Assembly (NCBI GenBank): GCA_965197745.1
Contig: CBDANS010000005.1
Location: 64,001 to 128,000 of the forward strand
Direction of reading: 5' to 3'
DNA length: 64,000 nt
Source of the DNA: Opitutales bacterium
GTDB lineage: Bacteria; Verrucomicrobiota; Verrucomicrobiia; Opitutales; PNEW01
In this document: piece after piece, positions 1 to 10,187 of the stretch
Numbering within the stretch: position 1 is the stretch's first letter
Layout of the letters: the number at the start of each line of letters is the position of its first letter
Made by a program: the position numbers and the translations under genes
The notes under the pieces: model-generated
Seen by the model: only the letters and a program-made list of their open reading frames with translations
Told to the model about the DNA's origin: nothing
The model's database searches: none

Positions 1-790
1 AATTATCTTTTTTCTGGTCACCCTCTTTTAGAGGGATGCGACCGATTACGGGATATTGTTCAAGATCGATGACGCTGCCGGTAATGGGCCTGCTGTCATC
101 ACAAAGCCAGAAAACGGCATGTTGCGCTATCTCTTCCGGACGTGTCATTTTACCGGTGGGGACGTACTCGGGTACCGGGTTATCGGACCAACCTTCCGGT
201 AACCCCTCTGAGATTTTAAGATTATATTCGTTCGGAGTGATTACCCAGCCAACATTAAAGTGGGTAATCCGCACTAGGTCGGAAGCCAGTAAATTAGCCA
301 GATTACGGGATTGAGTCATCAATGCCGCCTTGGCCATGCTATAGTCAAGTTGATTGGGTTCTCCGGTATAGGCGTTGATTGACCCGATATTTACAACGGC
401 TCCGTTTGTCCGTTTTAAATATTCTATTCCTGCTTTTACCATAAGCAGTGGGGCCCTGGCGTTAATGGCCATGACTTTATCGAAAAGCTCAACACATGTG
501 GTGTAGAGATTGCTTCGCTTAATATAGGCAGCGTTATTGACGATACCATCGAGCTTGCCATAAGCGTCAATCGCGGCGTCAATCAGACGTTGAGGCGCAT
601 CGGGATCACTCATATCATCGATGTGAAGAACTGCATCACTTCCCAGGCTGGCGATGATTTTTTCACCACGATCTTTATTGCGGCCGTGCACGAGGACCTT
701 GGCGCCATCAGCAGCACAGGCACGAACAATGGCCTCTCCGATACCCGTAGTGCTACCGGTGACAATAATTACTTTGTCCTTTAATCGCAA
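1..790 (-). CDS. SDR family NAD(P)-dependent oxidoreductase; no stop before the window edge (3' end truncated); absent from the ORF track
   Basis: Hand translation from TTG at 790 (GGAGA upstream): MRLKDKVIIVTGSTTGIGEA...VNNAA...GSINA...YSMAK; TGxxxGIG, NNA and YxxxK motifs. Confidence 0.9.
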   Translation of the reverse strand, partial: MRLKDKVIIVTGSTTGIGEAIVRACAADGAKVLVHGRNKDRGEKIIASLGSDAVLHIDDMSDPDAPQRLIDAAIDAYGKLDGIVNNAAYIKRSNLYTTCVELFDKVMAINARAPLLMVKAGIEYLKRTNGAVVNIGSINAYTGEPNQLDYSMAKAALMTQSRNLANLLASDLVRITHFNVGWVITPNEYNLKISEGLPEGWSDNPVPEYVPTGKMTRPEEIAQHAVFWLCDDSRPITGSVIDLEQYPVIGRIPLKEGDQKKDN

Positions 791-1665
791 TGCCGATTCT
801 CCCATGCCGCTTCAAAATTCTTACGACTATTATTAATGACTTTAGCGGGGTCAGCCAACCATAATGAGTCTGGCAAGTCATCTATGGAAAAAATCTCCAG
901 GCAGAAAGCGCCCCGGTAACCGGTTTTTTCTATGGCCCCTAACAAGCGGGGGAAATTGATTATCCCTTCTCCGCAAATGCGACGGTCGCCGGGATGCCGC
1001 GGTTCCCCTTTTGGCCAATCGCTCAGGTGAACGCCAAACAATCGGTCCCCCAATGCTTCTACGCGTTTATAAATATCCGGCTCGCGCCACAGATGGTAGA
1101 AATCCAGCATGAGCCCGAAATTAGATCGATCGACATCTTCGATCAGATCCATCGCTTCATGCATGGTGCAAATAAATGTATCATTATTCATAAGAACCGG
1201 ACTTAAAGGTTCATACATGATGCGCACATTTTTCTCTGCGGCATAATCTGCCAGTTCAGGATACATTTCGCGCGCGGTGCGATGTGCTGACTGAAAATCC
1301 ATATCAGGCGCGCTTCCCGTTATCGTTACTAATATGAGCTCTTCATCAGGGAAAACCCCGGAAAATAAGTCTATGGTCTGACGGAATCGTTGATGACGTT
1401 CACTCGGGTCATCAATGTCCGGGCACATAAAATCTTTAAAGAGGGCATGAACACGTGGCTGCACACTGGTCACCTTAAGACCACACTCTCGAATAAGCGC
1501 TAATTGTTCGCGTGCCTCTTCATAGTCTGTTGATAGTTTACGTTCACAGACCTCAATACCTTCAATCCCTAATTCATGATAAAGCTTCACATCCTCTTCG
1601 AATGTCTGGTGCCAGGTCGTAAATTCACTGACAGAAAAGATCGGTTTATCTGATTTTTCAGACAT
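781..1665 (-). CDS. Sugar phosphate isomerase/epimerase (xylose-isomerase-like TIM barrel)
   Basis: Metal-binding motifs YEPL, LDFYH, HLSD, LEIFS; GEG loop. Confidence 0.85.
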   Translation of the reverse strand: MSEKSDKPIFSVSEFTTWHQTFEEDVKLYHELGIEGIEVCERKLSTDYEEAREQLALIRECGLKVTSVQPRVHALFKDFMCPDIDDPSERHQRFRQTIDLFSGVFPDEELILVTITGSAPDMDFQSAHRTAREMYPELADYAAEKNVRIMYEPLSPVLMNNDTFICTMHEAMDLIEDVDRSNFGLMLDFYHLWREPDIYKRVEALGDRLFGVHLSDWPKGEPRHPGDRRICGEGIINFPRLLGAIEKTGYRGAFCLEIFSIDDLPDSLWLADPAKVINNSRKNFEAAWENRHCD

Positions 1666-1674
1666 GAAGGGCGA

Positions 1675-2706
1675 CTAATCGATCTTGGGATCGAGGACGG
1701 CTTTTACAATGCGACCACTATGCATTGTTTCAAAGGCTTCATGCCATTCATGCAGAGACCAGATGCCTCCGACGATGGGCTCAATATCTAACTGTCCCGA
1801 TGCCAACAAGGCAATGACACGTTCCCAGACAGGCCAGTTGTGACTGAAACTTCCTTGCAGGGTTACGTTTTTGGCGACAAGTGGGTCCAGAGAAAAACCC
1901 AGCGGTTGCTTTCCCCAACCCACTTTGGTAATCCAACCTGCGGGACGGACAAGGTCGAGAGCAGCCTTTAAAGTCACAGAAACTCCGGCGGTATCGATGA
2001 CGCCATCAGCTCCCAGACCATCACGCTGTCTGGCCCAGTCATCAGCGCTTCCGACAATAATATCGCAGCCGTACTTTTTAGCCACTTGGAATCGATATTT
2101 ATCGTTTTCCAAGCCGACGATCGCGACTTCCGCTCCACACAGCCGTGCTATTGCTGCGCATAGAACGCCGATCGTTCCGGGCCCCAGCACAACGATGCGA
2201 TCACCCGGTTTAACATGAGTATTTTCGACGATGGCATTATAAGCGACGGAACAGGGTTCGGTCAGCGCAGCGTGTTGCATGGACAAATTGTCGGGCACTC
2301 TATGGAGTAATCGGGCCGGGACCCGGACATATTTAGTCATTGCGCCATCGACACCGTAGCCGAAACCCTTACGAGTGGGATCGAGGTTATAAAGGCCTCG
2401 CCGGGTCATCGGACTGTCACTGTCGATAACAGCCGCGGTCTCACTGACCACGCGGTCACCCTCTATCCATCTATCCACACGCGACCCGCATTCGCGAATT
2501 ATACCTCCGAATTCATGCCCGAGAATAACAGGATAGTTCACTTCCCAGCTATGTTGAGCCGCCCACTGGTGTAGATCGCTGCCACAAACCCCGACTGCGT
2601 GAACTTCCAGTAAAACATCTTCATCACCAATTTTGGGCATGGGGACTTCACGCAATTCTACACAGTCGGGTTTATTTTCGTAGTTAACTACTGCGGGTGA
2701 ATTCAT
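1675..2706 (-). CDS. Zinc-dependent polyol/sugar dehydrogenase (MDR family)
   Basis: CGSDLH, GHEFGG, LTEPC and GPGTIG motifs; lacks the structural-zinc Cys cluster. Confidence 0.9.
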   Translation of the reverse strand: MNSPAVVNYENKPDCVELREVPMPKIGDEDVLLEVHAVGVCGSDLHQWAAQHSWEVNYPVILGHEFGGIIRECGSRVDRWIEGDRVVSETAAVIDSDSPMTRRGLYNLDPTRKGFGYGVDGAMTKYVRVPARLLHRVPDNLSMQHAALTEPCSVAYNAIVENTHVKPGDRIVVLGPGTIGVLCAAIARLCGAEVAIVGLENDKYRFQVAKKYGCDIIVGSADDWARQRDGLGADGVIDTAGVSVTLKAALDLVRPAGWITKVGWGKQPLGFSLDPLVAKNVTLQGSFSHNWPVWERVIALLASGQLDIEPIVGGIWSLHEWHEAFETMHSGRIVKAVLDPKID

Positions 2707-2714
2707 AGCTCCTC

Positions 2715-3413
2715 TTAAGAGGTTGAACTATTATAACTATGAACTTTTTCACATATCAATCTCAATGATCCTTCAACGTCACCGGAAGCTGTTTTAAAAG
2801 CATCGGCATCAACGGTAAGGGGCGCGCCGAGGACGACGAGCGGGGCACCGTACTCCGGGGTGCGCATCGCTTCTTCGATGCTCAGGCCGCCTACGGCCTG
2901 GACGGGGACACTGACTGCTTCTACGACTTCCCGTAACTGATCGAGTGGACTGGGCGCTTTTTCTCCACGTTCGTTCATTCCACCACGTTCATCGTAGCCG
3001 ATATGATGAACAATATAGTGACACCCAAGTTCCTCGAGATGTCGCGCTGCTCCTACCATATCAGCACAGGCTAAATTATCACCCATCACCTCAATTCCAT
3101 AATCCTGGCAGGCTTTAACAACACGTATTATTGTTTCATCATGCGCTTTTGCCATCACCACCACTTGTGTGGCACCAGCTTTTGCCATCATTTCGGCTTC
3201 CAGGTAGCCCCCATCCATAGTCTTGAGATCGGCCACAATCGGGGTTTCCGGAAAACGCTCGCGCAGTGCTTTAACCCCATGTAAGCCCTCTGCGAGAATT
3301 AGCGGTGTTCCCGCCTCAAGCCAATCTACACCAGCCCGCATCGCCATTTCCGCGGTTTCGAGCGCTTCTTCTATATTAGTAAGATCGAGTGATATTTGAA
3401 CGATAGTTTTCAT
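2715..3413 (-). CDS. OMP decarboxylase/HUMPS superfamily protein (3-hexulose-6-phosphate synthase / 3-keto-sugar decarboxylase-like)
   Basis: VQISLD, EAGTPLI and VADLKTMDGG motifs typical of HPS/KGPDC. Confidence 0.85.
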   Translation of the reverse strand: MKTIVQISLDLTNIEEALETAEMAMRAGVDWLEAGTPLILAEGLHGVKALRERFPETPIVADLKTMDGGYLEAEMMAKAGATQVVVMAKAHDETIIRVVKACQDYGIEVMGDNLACADMVGAARHLEELGCHYIVHHIGYDERGGMNERGEKAPSPLDQLREVVEAVSVPVQAVGGLSIEEAMRTPEYGAPLVVLGAPLTVDADAFKTASGDVEGSLRLICEKVHSYNSSTS

Positions 3414-3665
3414 GCGGTTTCAGGTCATTCCGGGGTAAAATTATCTTAAGTTAAGTTGGATCAGAGATGATTTCGTGCGCGGATGGCAAATATTAAATCA
3501 ATTCAACTTCAGCTAAGCCAGCAATTTTCATATTATTCGATTAGCACAATACAGGGACAGTGCTAGAAGAGGTTAATAAGATTACTATACTTGAAGATTC
3601 AGCCATCACGCTCCCATGGTGATGGGACTGATTCCAGGAAAGAAAATGGGAAATATAATGAAATC

Positions 3666-3696
3666 AATTTGATAAGACTTGCTAATTAATCAAATT
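3666..3696. promoter_or_regulatory. Inverted repeat AATTTGAT-N15-ATCAAATT in a divergent intergenic region; possible operator
   Basis: Perfect 8-bp inverted repeat between the divergent sugar operon and exporter operon. Confidence 0.3.
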
Positions 3697-3842
3697 AGGA
3701 ATAAATCAACCCAAAATCACGTTACCCCATGACTGTACTACCTCAATTCAGGATGCTATTTATTCATTAACCAAGAACAAGGTTATGGGCAGATCTTCAA
3801 ATAATTATATTTCCGCGAAAGCTTTTCCCATTGAAATCGAGT

Positions 3843-5432
3843 ATGACCCTATTGCCGTTCATAGGCATTCATTTTTTAAAGCGATTTTTTATCGTTATGG
3901 TCCTGATGTGCCTGCTTCTAAACGCAGCAGGGGCGGAACAGGTACTTGATACTCCGCGTGAACTTTCACTGCAGGAAGCGGTGAATCGCGCCCTGGAACA
4001 GAATCTTGGATTAATTATAGAACGCTATCAATCGGGCCTGTTCGAGGATGATATCACCTTGGCCCAATCGCAGTTCGATCCCGCCATCCGTATACGGAGC
4101 AACATTGATGAAAATCTGAGTCCATTGGCTCAGAGTACGTTGGATGGTGCGGACCAACCAGAGGACGACAATAGAAGTATTTTCGTAGCGGTGGATAAGA
4201 AAATATCTACGGGTGGAACAGTCGAATTGAGTACTTGGATGAACCGGTTTGAGACAAATTCTACATTTGCCATTATCAACCCCGATTTCCTATCGGAAAT
4301 AGCGATAAGTTTAGAACAACCCTTGCTCAGTGGGGCATGGCGAAAAGTTAATCTCGCGCCCATCGCCCGGGCGAAAGCGGCTCATTCTCAATCCATCCTG
4401 GAACTGCGACGGCGGGCCTTTAATGTATTGGCCAATATTGAAATTAATTACTGGAGAATTGCTTATGCCACAGCCCGTAAATTATTACAGGAGTCGAGTA
4501 TCGAAGTCGCCGAGAAATTATTGGAAGAAACAAAAGAAAAAGAACGTTTAGGCCTGGCTACCCAGGTAGATGTGCTCCAGGCGAGCGCTAATTTGGCTTC
4601 ACGGCGTGAAGCAGTTATACTTGCCTCACAAGCTATCGACGATGCATCTGATCGGTTATATTCGAGCATGGGTGAACTGGGAACAAATAATCCAACCCTC
4701 GTTGTTGACTCACTTCCCGAATCGGAAATTAGAGTCCCGGACTTTAACCTAACCTATAAAAACGCACGTGAACTCGATTTAGACATGCAAATCCAGCAAG
4801 AGATCATCAACCAGAGTGAAATTGATGTCACCGTAGCGCGTAATAGCCGGCTTCCAGATCTGGACCTTACACTCGCCGGTGGTTATCGTGGCCGTGATTC
4901 GGATGGATCGGGCTCTTACAGTAATGCTTTTAACGGTGATGGCTACGCCTGGAGCGCGGGTCTTGAATTTAGCATTCCCTGGGGCAATCGTGAAGAACGT
5001 GCCCGTCATCGGCAAACGCAGAGAGTTCTGGAACAGGAAGAAGTACGTCTCGATGATATAGAACAGGTTATGTTAGGCAATCTGCGTTCAGCCTGGCGCG
5101 CCGTTGCCGCGGGTAAGGAGCGGCTGGAAGCCAATCAAATATCAGTAGACGTCAATGAAGAGCGTTTCGATAAAGAACATGCCAAATTTGAAGCGGGAGT
5201 CTCCACCTTCCGCATCGTGCTTGAAGCTCAGGAAGATTTGGATGAATCACGATTGCGCCACCTTGACGCTCGCTTCGACTCAATCCGTGCGGTTGTCCAG
5301 CTCACTCGACTCGATGGGTCAATCCTTGAACGAAATGGCTTTGTCTGGCAGGATTTGGATCGTCTCAACACAGTCCCGACGCGTGTGGACATAACAACAT
5401 CTCCGGAATCTTCTGAAGAAGTTCCCAATTAA
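3843..5432 (+). CDS. TolC family outer-membrane efflux protein
   Basis: N-terminal hydrophobic signal; LSLQEAV..AL..N; two OEP-type repeats; heads the ABC exporter operon; start uncertain (TTG 3831 or ATG 3843). Confidence 0.88.
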   Translation: MTLLPFIGIHFLKRFFIVMVLMCLLLNAAGAEQVLDTPRELSLQEAVNRALEQNLGLIIERYQSGLFEDDITLAQSQFDPAIRIRSNIDENLSPLAQSTLDGADQPEDDNRSIFVAVDKKISTGGTVELSTWMNRFETNSTFAIINPDFLSEIAISLEQPLLSGAWRKVNLAPIARAKAAHSQSILELRRRAFNVLANIEINYWRIAYATARKLLQESSIEVAEKLLEETKEKERLGLATQVDVLQASANLASRREAVILASQAIDDASDRLYSSMGELGTNNPTLVVDSLPESEIRVPDFNLTYKNARELDLDMQIQQEIINQSEIDVTVARNSRLPDLDLTLAGGYRGRDSDGSGSYSNAFNGDGYAWSAGLEFSIPWGNREERARHRQTQRVLEQEEVRLDDIEQVMLGNLRSAWRAVAAGKERLEANQISVDVNEERFDKEHAKFEAGVSTFRIVLEAQEDLDESRLRHLDARFDSIRAVVQLTRLDGSILERNGFVWQDLDRLNTVPTRVDITTSPESSEEVPN

Positions 5433-5465
5433 TACTCATAGATAAACAGGTTGAAAGAGCAAACG

Positions 5466-6155
5466 ATGTTAATCAAACTGGAAAAAGTGCGCAAGATCTA
5501 CAAGATAGGTCACCAGGAATTGCATGCCTTGAAAGGGATCAACATCAATATTGATGAAGGCGAGCTGGTCTCAATAGTAGGGCCCTCGGGTTCGGGGAAA
5601 TCAACGCTTTTAAATATACTGGGAATATTAGACGGATTTGACGAAGGACACTATGAATTGGCGGGAACGATAATGGAAAAACTCACGGAAAATAAGGCCG
5701 CTTATTACCGGAATAAATTCATCGGGTTTATTTTTCAGTCGTTTAATCTCATAAACTTTAAGAACGCGATGGAAAATGTAGCATTGCCACTGTATTATCA
5801 AAATGTGAAGAGAAAGAAAAGAAACACGCTGGCTTTGGAATACCTGGAGAGAGTGGGATTGAGAGACTGGGCTGAGCACCTGCCCAGTGAGTTATCCGGA
5901 GGGCAGAATCAAAGAGTAGCTATTGCCAGGGCATTAATCTCCAAACCTAAAGTGATCCTTGCCGATGAACCGACCGGCGCCCTGGATTCCGAGACCTCTT
6001 CCGAGGTGATGGATCTATTTAAAGAAGTGAATAAAATGGGGATTACGGTCATTATTGTAACCCATGAACATGATATCTCCAAAGAGACAAACAGGATTGT
6101 CCATCTCATTGACGGACAGATTGAAAATGACGGGAATCCTGACGCACTCAGATAA
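5466..6155 (+). CDS. ABC transporter ATP-binding protein (MacB/LolD type)
   Basis: Walker A GPSGSGKS, LSGGQNQRVAIARAL, ILADEPTGALD, VTHE. Confidence 0.95.
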   Translation: MLIKLEKVRKIYKIGHQELHALKGININIDEGELVSIVGPSGSGKSTLLNILGILDGFDEGHYELAGTIMEKLTENKAAYYRNKFIGFIFQSFNLINFKNAMENVALPLYYQNVKRKKRNTLALEYLERVGLRDWAEHLPSELSGGQNQRVAIARALISKPKVILADEPTGALDSETSSEVMDLFKEVNKMGITVIIVTHEHDISKETNRIVHLIDGQIENDGNPDALR

Positions 6156-6178
6156 ATTATATAATAAAGCATTTAACG

Positions 6179-7423
6179 ATGATTAACCTGGACAAATGGC
6201 AAGAGATAGCCACCACCATCCAAAAAAATAAGATGAGAACGTTTCTTACGGCGTTCAGCATTGCCTGGGGGATATTTTTACTTGTTGTTCTTTTGGGGGC
6301 CGGTTCGGGTTTTCTCAATGGGGTGCTCTACCAGTTTCGTGATGACGCGATGAATAGTTTTAAAATAACCCCCGGGACCACGAGCATACCCTATAAAGGG
6401 ATGAAGCCGGGTAAGAAAATTCAATTAACAAATGAAGACTTTGAAAAGATCGCAAGCAATGTTCAGGGAGTTGAGCACATCACCGCGCGCTATTTTCTTT
6501 CAGGTGAATATCCTATCAGGTATAAATTAAATCAAGCAAGATTTACAGTGCGTGCGACTCATCCTGCCCATATATATTATGAGAACACGATTATTACTGA
6601 GGGCAGGTATCTTAATGAACTTGATCTAAAAGAACGGAGAAAAGTGGCAGTTATTGGCGCGAATGTCGTAGAGATATTATTTAAAAATAAAGAGCCTTTA
6701 GAAGAATGGATCGAGATCAATCAGATACCCTATAAAGTAGTTGGGGTTTTTGAAGACCAGGGAAGAGGTTTTGAAATAAGCATCATTTATGTTCCGATTT
6801 CAACGGCACAAATGGTCTATAACGGGTCTAATAAGGTCCACGAAATTTTATTCACTACCGGCACTACCAGTTTGAAAGACACCCGGTTAATGGAGAAAGA
6901 GACAACAAGCATCCTTGTTGAACACCATAAGTTTTCTCCCGAAGATCCCAGAGCGGTTGATGTTTCCAATAATAACGAGACAATGCAAAAATTTTTAAGC
7001 ATGATATCAGGTATAAAATTTTTCATCTGGATTATCGGAGTGGGAACGATTACAGCTGGTATCGTGGGAGTGAGCAATATTATGATGATTGCGATTAATG
7101 AGCGAACACGCGAGATTGGAATCAGGAAAGCGATAGGCGCTACTCCGGGATCAATTATTAGCCTGGTTTTACAGGAATCATTAGTCATTACCCTCCTCGC
7201 TGGTTATGTCGGGCTGGTCGCCGGAGTCGCTGTCGTTGAATTTGCCAGCTGGGGGTTCGAAAAATTCAACCTGCAATCGGAGTATTTCAGAAATCCCGAA
7301 ATTGATTTTAAAACGGTAATTACCGCTACAATTTTTCTTGTTTTCGCTGGGGCTCTCGCCGGGTTTTTCCCGGCCCGATTAGCCGCTAAAATTAAACCCG
7401 TTGAGGCGCTTAGAGAAGAATAA
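6179..7423 (+). CDS. ABC transporter permease (MacB/FtsX family)
   Basis: N-terminal TM, large periplasmic domain, ERTREIGIRKAIGA, three C-terminal TMs. Confidence 0.93.
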   Translation: MINLDKWQEIATTIQKNKMRTFLTAFSIAWGIFLLVVLLGAGSGFLNGVLYQFRDDAMNSFKITPGTTSIPYKGMKPGKKIQLTNEDFEKIASNVQGVEHITARYFLSGEYPIRYKLNQARFTVRATHPAHIYYENTIITEGRYLNELDLKERRKVAVIGANVVEILFKNKEPLEEWIEINQIPYKVVGVFEDQGRGFEISIIYVPISTAQMVYNGSNKVHEILFTTGTTSLKDTRLMEKETTSILVEHHKFSPEDPRAVDVSNNNETMQKFLSMISGIKFFIWIIGVGTITAGIVGVSNIMMIAINERTREIGIRKAIGATPGSIISLVLQESLVITLLAGYVGLVAGVAVVEFASWGFEKFNLQSEYFRNPEIDFKTVITATIFLVFAGALAGFFPARLAAKIKPVEALREE

Positions 7424-7433
7424 GATAGGAAAA

Positions 7434-8699
7434 ATGTTTGATTATGACAAATGGCAGGAAATCCTGATTACGATCAGGAAAAATAAGCTACGGACTATCC
7501 TGACAATGTTTGGGGTATTCTGGGGTATTCTCATGCTTATGCTATTACTGGGGTCGGGACAGGGTCTTGCCAATGGAATGAATAGAGAATTCGCACATTG
7601 GGGATACAATAGCGTTTATCTTTGGTCTAATATGACCACCAAAGCTTACAAGGGAATGAGCCCCGGTCGTGAAATACAATTTACTGATGAAGATACGAAA
7701 GCAATAAAACTGAATTTCGAGGATATAGAATATATAGCGCCCAAAATTCAGTTGGGTGGTTTCAGGGGAAATCAAATAGTTAAGCATAAGAATAAAGTAG
7801 GGGAATTTCACGTAATGGGTGAAGACCCGGATATAATAAATATCATTTCTATCACCATTGTCGAAGGGAGATTTATTAACGATCTGGATCTTCTTGAAAG
7901 AAGGAAAGTAGCCGTGGTCGGTGAGAATGTTATCAAGATTCTTTTTAAAAGAGGAGAAAATTTCATTGGTAAATCATTAACTGTTAACGGGATACATTTT
8001 ACAATTGTGGGCATACTGAAAACCGAAGCTCCCTATGAATTTTGGACGGAACGCGACAGGAATTCGATAATGATACCCTTCACGACATTTCAACAGACCT
8101 TTAATGAAGGAAATAGAGTTGGGTGGTATGCGATGGGAATTAAACCATCGGTTTATGGAGACGAGATATGTGACAAAATCATATCGATGTTAATGAAACG
8201 GCATAAAGTTCATCCAGAAGATTTAGCAGCATTTGGGTACTTTAATAGCCATAAGGAGTTTTTAAAAGTTCAAGGACTATCTAAAAGTATACGTGTCTTT
8301 ATCTGGTTTGTCAGTTTATGCACCCTGTTAGCAGGTGTTATCGGGGTGAGTAACATTATGATAATTGTCGTCAATGAGCGGACTAAAGAGATAGGCATCA
8401 GAAAATCGATGGGGGCAACACCATTCAGTATTGTCAGTTTGATTATGCAGGAGTCGGTATTTTTAACCTCTATTGCCGGTTATATTGGGTTACTCCTGGG
8501 TATAGCTTTAATTGAAATATTGCGAAAATTATTGGGGATGATTGGCGATAATATGAGTTTGATATCCCGTCCCGAGATCAATTTACAGGCTGCGGCCTTA
8601 GCTTTGTTAGTCATTGTGATTGGCGGTGTTATTGCCGGTATCCTCCCTGCGCGCAAAGCAGGCTTAATCAGCCCCATGGAGGCAATCAGGTATAAATAA
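7434..8699 (+). CDS. ABC transporter permease (MacB/FtsX family), paralog of the upstream gene
   Basis: MFDYDKWQEI start; ERTKEIGIRKSMGA; same architecture as 6179..7423. Confidence 0.93.
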   Translation: MFDYDKWQEILITIRKNKLRTILTMFGVFWGILMLMLLLGSGQGLANGMNREFAHWGYNSVYLWSNMTTKAYKGMSPGREIQFTDEDTKAIKLNFEDIEYIAPKIQLGGFRGNQIVKHKNKVGEFHVMGEDPDIINIISITIVEGRFINDLDLLERRKVAVVGENVIKILFKRGENFIGKSLTVNGIHFTIVGILKTEAPYEFWTERDRNSIMIPFTTFQQTFNEGNRVGWYAMGIKPSVYGDEICDKIISMLMKRHKVHPEDLAAFGYFNSHKEFLKVQGLSKSIRVFIWFVSLCTLLAGVIGVSNIMIIVVNERTKEIGIRKSMGATPFSIVSLIMQESVFLTSIAGYIGLLLGIALIEILRKLLGMIGDNMSLISRPEINLQAAALALLVIVIGGVIAGILPARKAGLISPMEAIRYK

Positions 8700-8723
8700 A
8701 TAAGCTATAAATAAACTTAGCAG

Positions 8724-9797
8724 ATGAAAAAAATTTACGTCTTTATCATAGTTGCATTCTTAGTATTAAGTTTCCTGGGAACCCTTGTATTTCTTTATCA
8801 AAAAGCGGTTGAGAAGGATGTTATCTTTGAAACGGAAACCCCTTTTTACACAGATATAGTTAAAAAGGCGGTGGCCACAGGTACCATTACCCCAAGGAGA
8901 GAAATTGAAATGAAGTCACAGGTTTCGGGGGTGGTGGATAAGCTTTATGTCGAACCGGGTGAAATTGTTAACAATGGTGACCAGCTCGCTAAGATCAGGA
9001 TAATTCCTGATATGGTAAATCTTAACAATGCTGAATCCCAGCTTAATACGGCGCGCATAAATTATGAAAATGCGAAACGTGAAATGGAAAGGCAGGAACA
9101 GCTATTCGAGAAAAAATTCATTTCCGAATTTGATTATAACCAGTTTGTTCTCGAATTTAACCTCGCTGAGGAGCGTTTGGAGTCAGCAGGGAACAATGTT
9201 CAGTTGATCCGGGAGGGTGTGTCGAAAAAAGAAGGCCTGGTTACGAATGAAGTTACCTCTACAGTAGATGGTATGATCCTCGACGTTCCTGTAAGAGAGG
9301 GAAGTTTTGTCACCGAAACAAATACTTTCAACGATGGAACAACGATCATGTTCATCGCGGATATGCAGTCTATGATTTTCGTGGGGTTTGTCGACGAATC
9401 CGAAGTCGGTAAAATAACTGCCGGCATGGAATTGATTTTAATCATTGGTGCCATCGATACAGAAAAATTTAAAGCACTGCTGGAATACATATCACCCAAA
9501 GGTGAAGAAAAAGAAGGGGCCATCCAATTTGAAATCAGGGCCGCGGTAACATTATCGGAAGATCATTTTATCCGGGCAGGTTACAGTGCTAATGCGGATA
9601 TTGTTCTCGATACAAGGGAGAACGTTCTCGCCGTGCGAGAAAGCAATCTCATCTTTGAACAGGATAATATATTTGTTGAGATAGAAAATGGCGACCAGGA
9701 ATTTGAAAAGAAGAAAATTACTACGGGACTCTCCGACGGGATCAATATCGAAGTCCTCTCAGGGGTGTCGGAGAAGGACAGGATTAAGAAGCTATAG
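8724..9797 (+). CDS. Efflux periplasmic adaptor (MacA/HlyD-type membrane fusion protein)
   Basis: N-terminal anchor, SQVSGVV lipoyl half, coiled-coil hairpin, TGLSDGINIEVLSG C-terminus. Confidence 0.92.
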   Translation: MKKIYVFIIVAFLVLSFLGTLVFLYQKAVEKDVIFETETPFYTDIVKKAVATGTITPRREIEMKSQVSGVVDKLYVEPGEIVNNGDQLAKIRIIPDMVNLNNAESQLNTARINYENAKREMERQEQLFEKKFISEFDYNQFVLEFNLAEERLESAGNNVQLIREGVSKKEGLVTNEVTSTVDGMILDVPVREGSFVTETNTFNDGTTIMFIADMQSMIFVGFVDESEVGKITAGMELILIIGAIDTEKFKALLEYISPKGEEKEGAIQFEIRAAVTLSEDHFIRAGYSANADIVLDTRENVLAVRESNLIFEQDNIFVEIENGDQEFEKKKITTGLSDGINIEVLSGVSEKDRIKKL

Positions 9798-9861
9798 AGT
9801 GATCTATCGATCAGTAAAGTGATCTATCGATCAGTGTTAGGTGTTAAGTTTTAAGTGTTAA
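9798..9861. repeat. Two copies of AGTGATCTATCGATCAGT (20-bp period) followed by a (GTGTTAA)-like heptamer run x4
   Basis: Exact copies at 9798-9815 and 9818-9835, each containing TGATC-N4-GATCA; heptamers 9834-9861. Confidence 0.85.
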
Positions 9862-10093
9862 GGTGGAACGCGATGACTGCTTGTCGTCCAAAGTCTCGCA
9901 GCCGTGGGACTATGGCCGGCAGGCACCGCGTTCCACCAAATTTATGAATCAAAGTGATAATAATGGAGGGCCATGCTCCGTCATGGCCGTATTGGGGTAC
10001 AGCTATTAAAGGTTATTCCGCGGACGCGACGTAGCGCGTTTCTTTTGTTAAGTAAATTACAAAGAAGCGTGCTAGGGACAGCCCGCTCCACCT
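9862..10093. repeat. Cluster of REP-like palindromic elements
   Basis: GGTGGAACGCG...CGCGTTCCACC (9862-9937) with an inner hairpin; inverted pair GGAGGGCCATGCTCCGTCATGGCCG (9965-9989) and CGGACGCGACGTAGCGCGTTTC (10021-10042); a further half element ending GCTCCACC near 10092. Confidence 0.65.
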
Positions 10094-10187
10094 GAACTTC
10101 AATTCATTTTTCACATAATCTCCATAATTCAAATTACGAGAGTGAGAATATAATTGAAGTACCGCTTTATTTTTATAAAGCAAAGGG

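Noticed and set aside
2715..3413. RuMP formaldehyde fixation (hxlA) or pyrF
   Set aside because: No isomerase partner is in view and the context is sugar oxidation; the motifs are HPS/KGPDC-like rather than PyrF.
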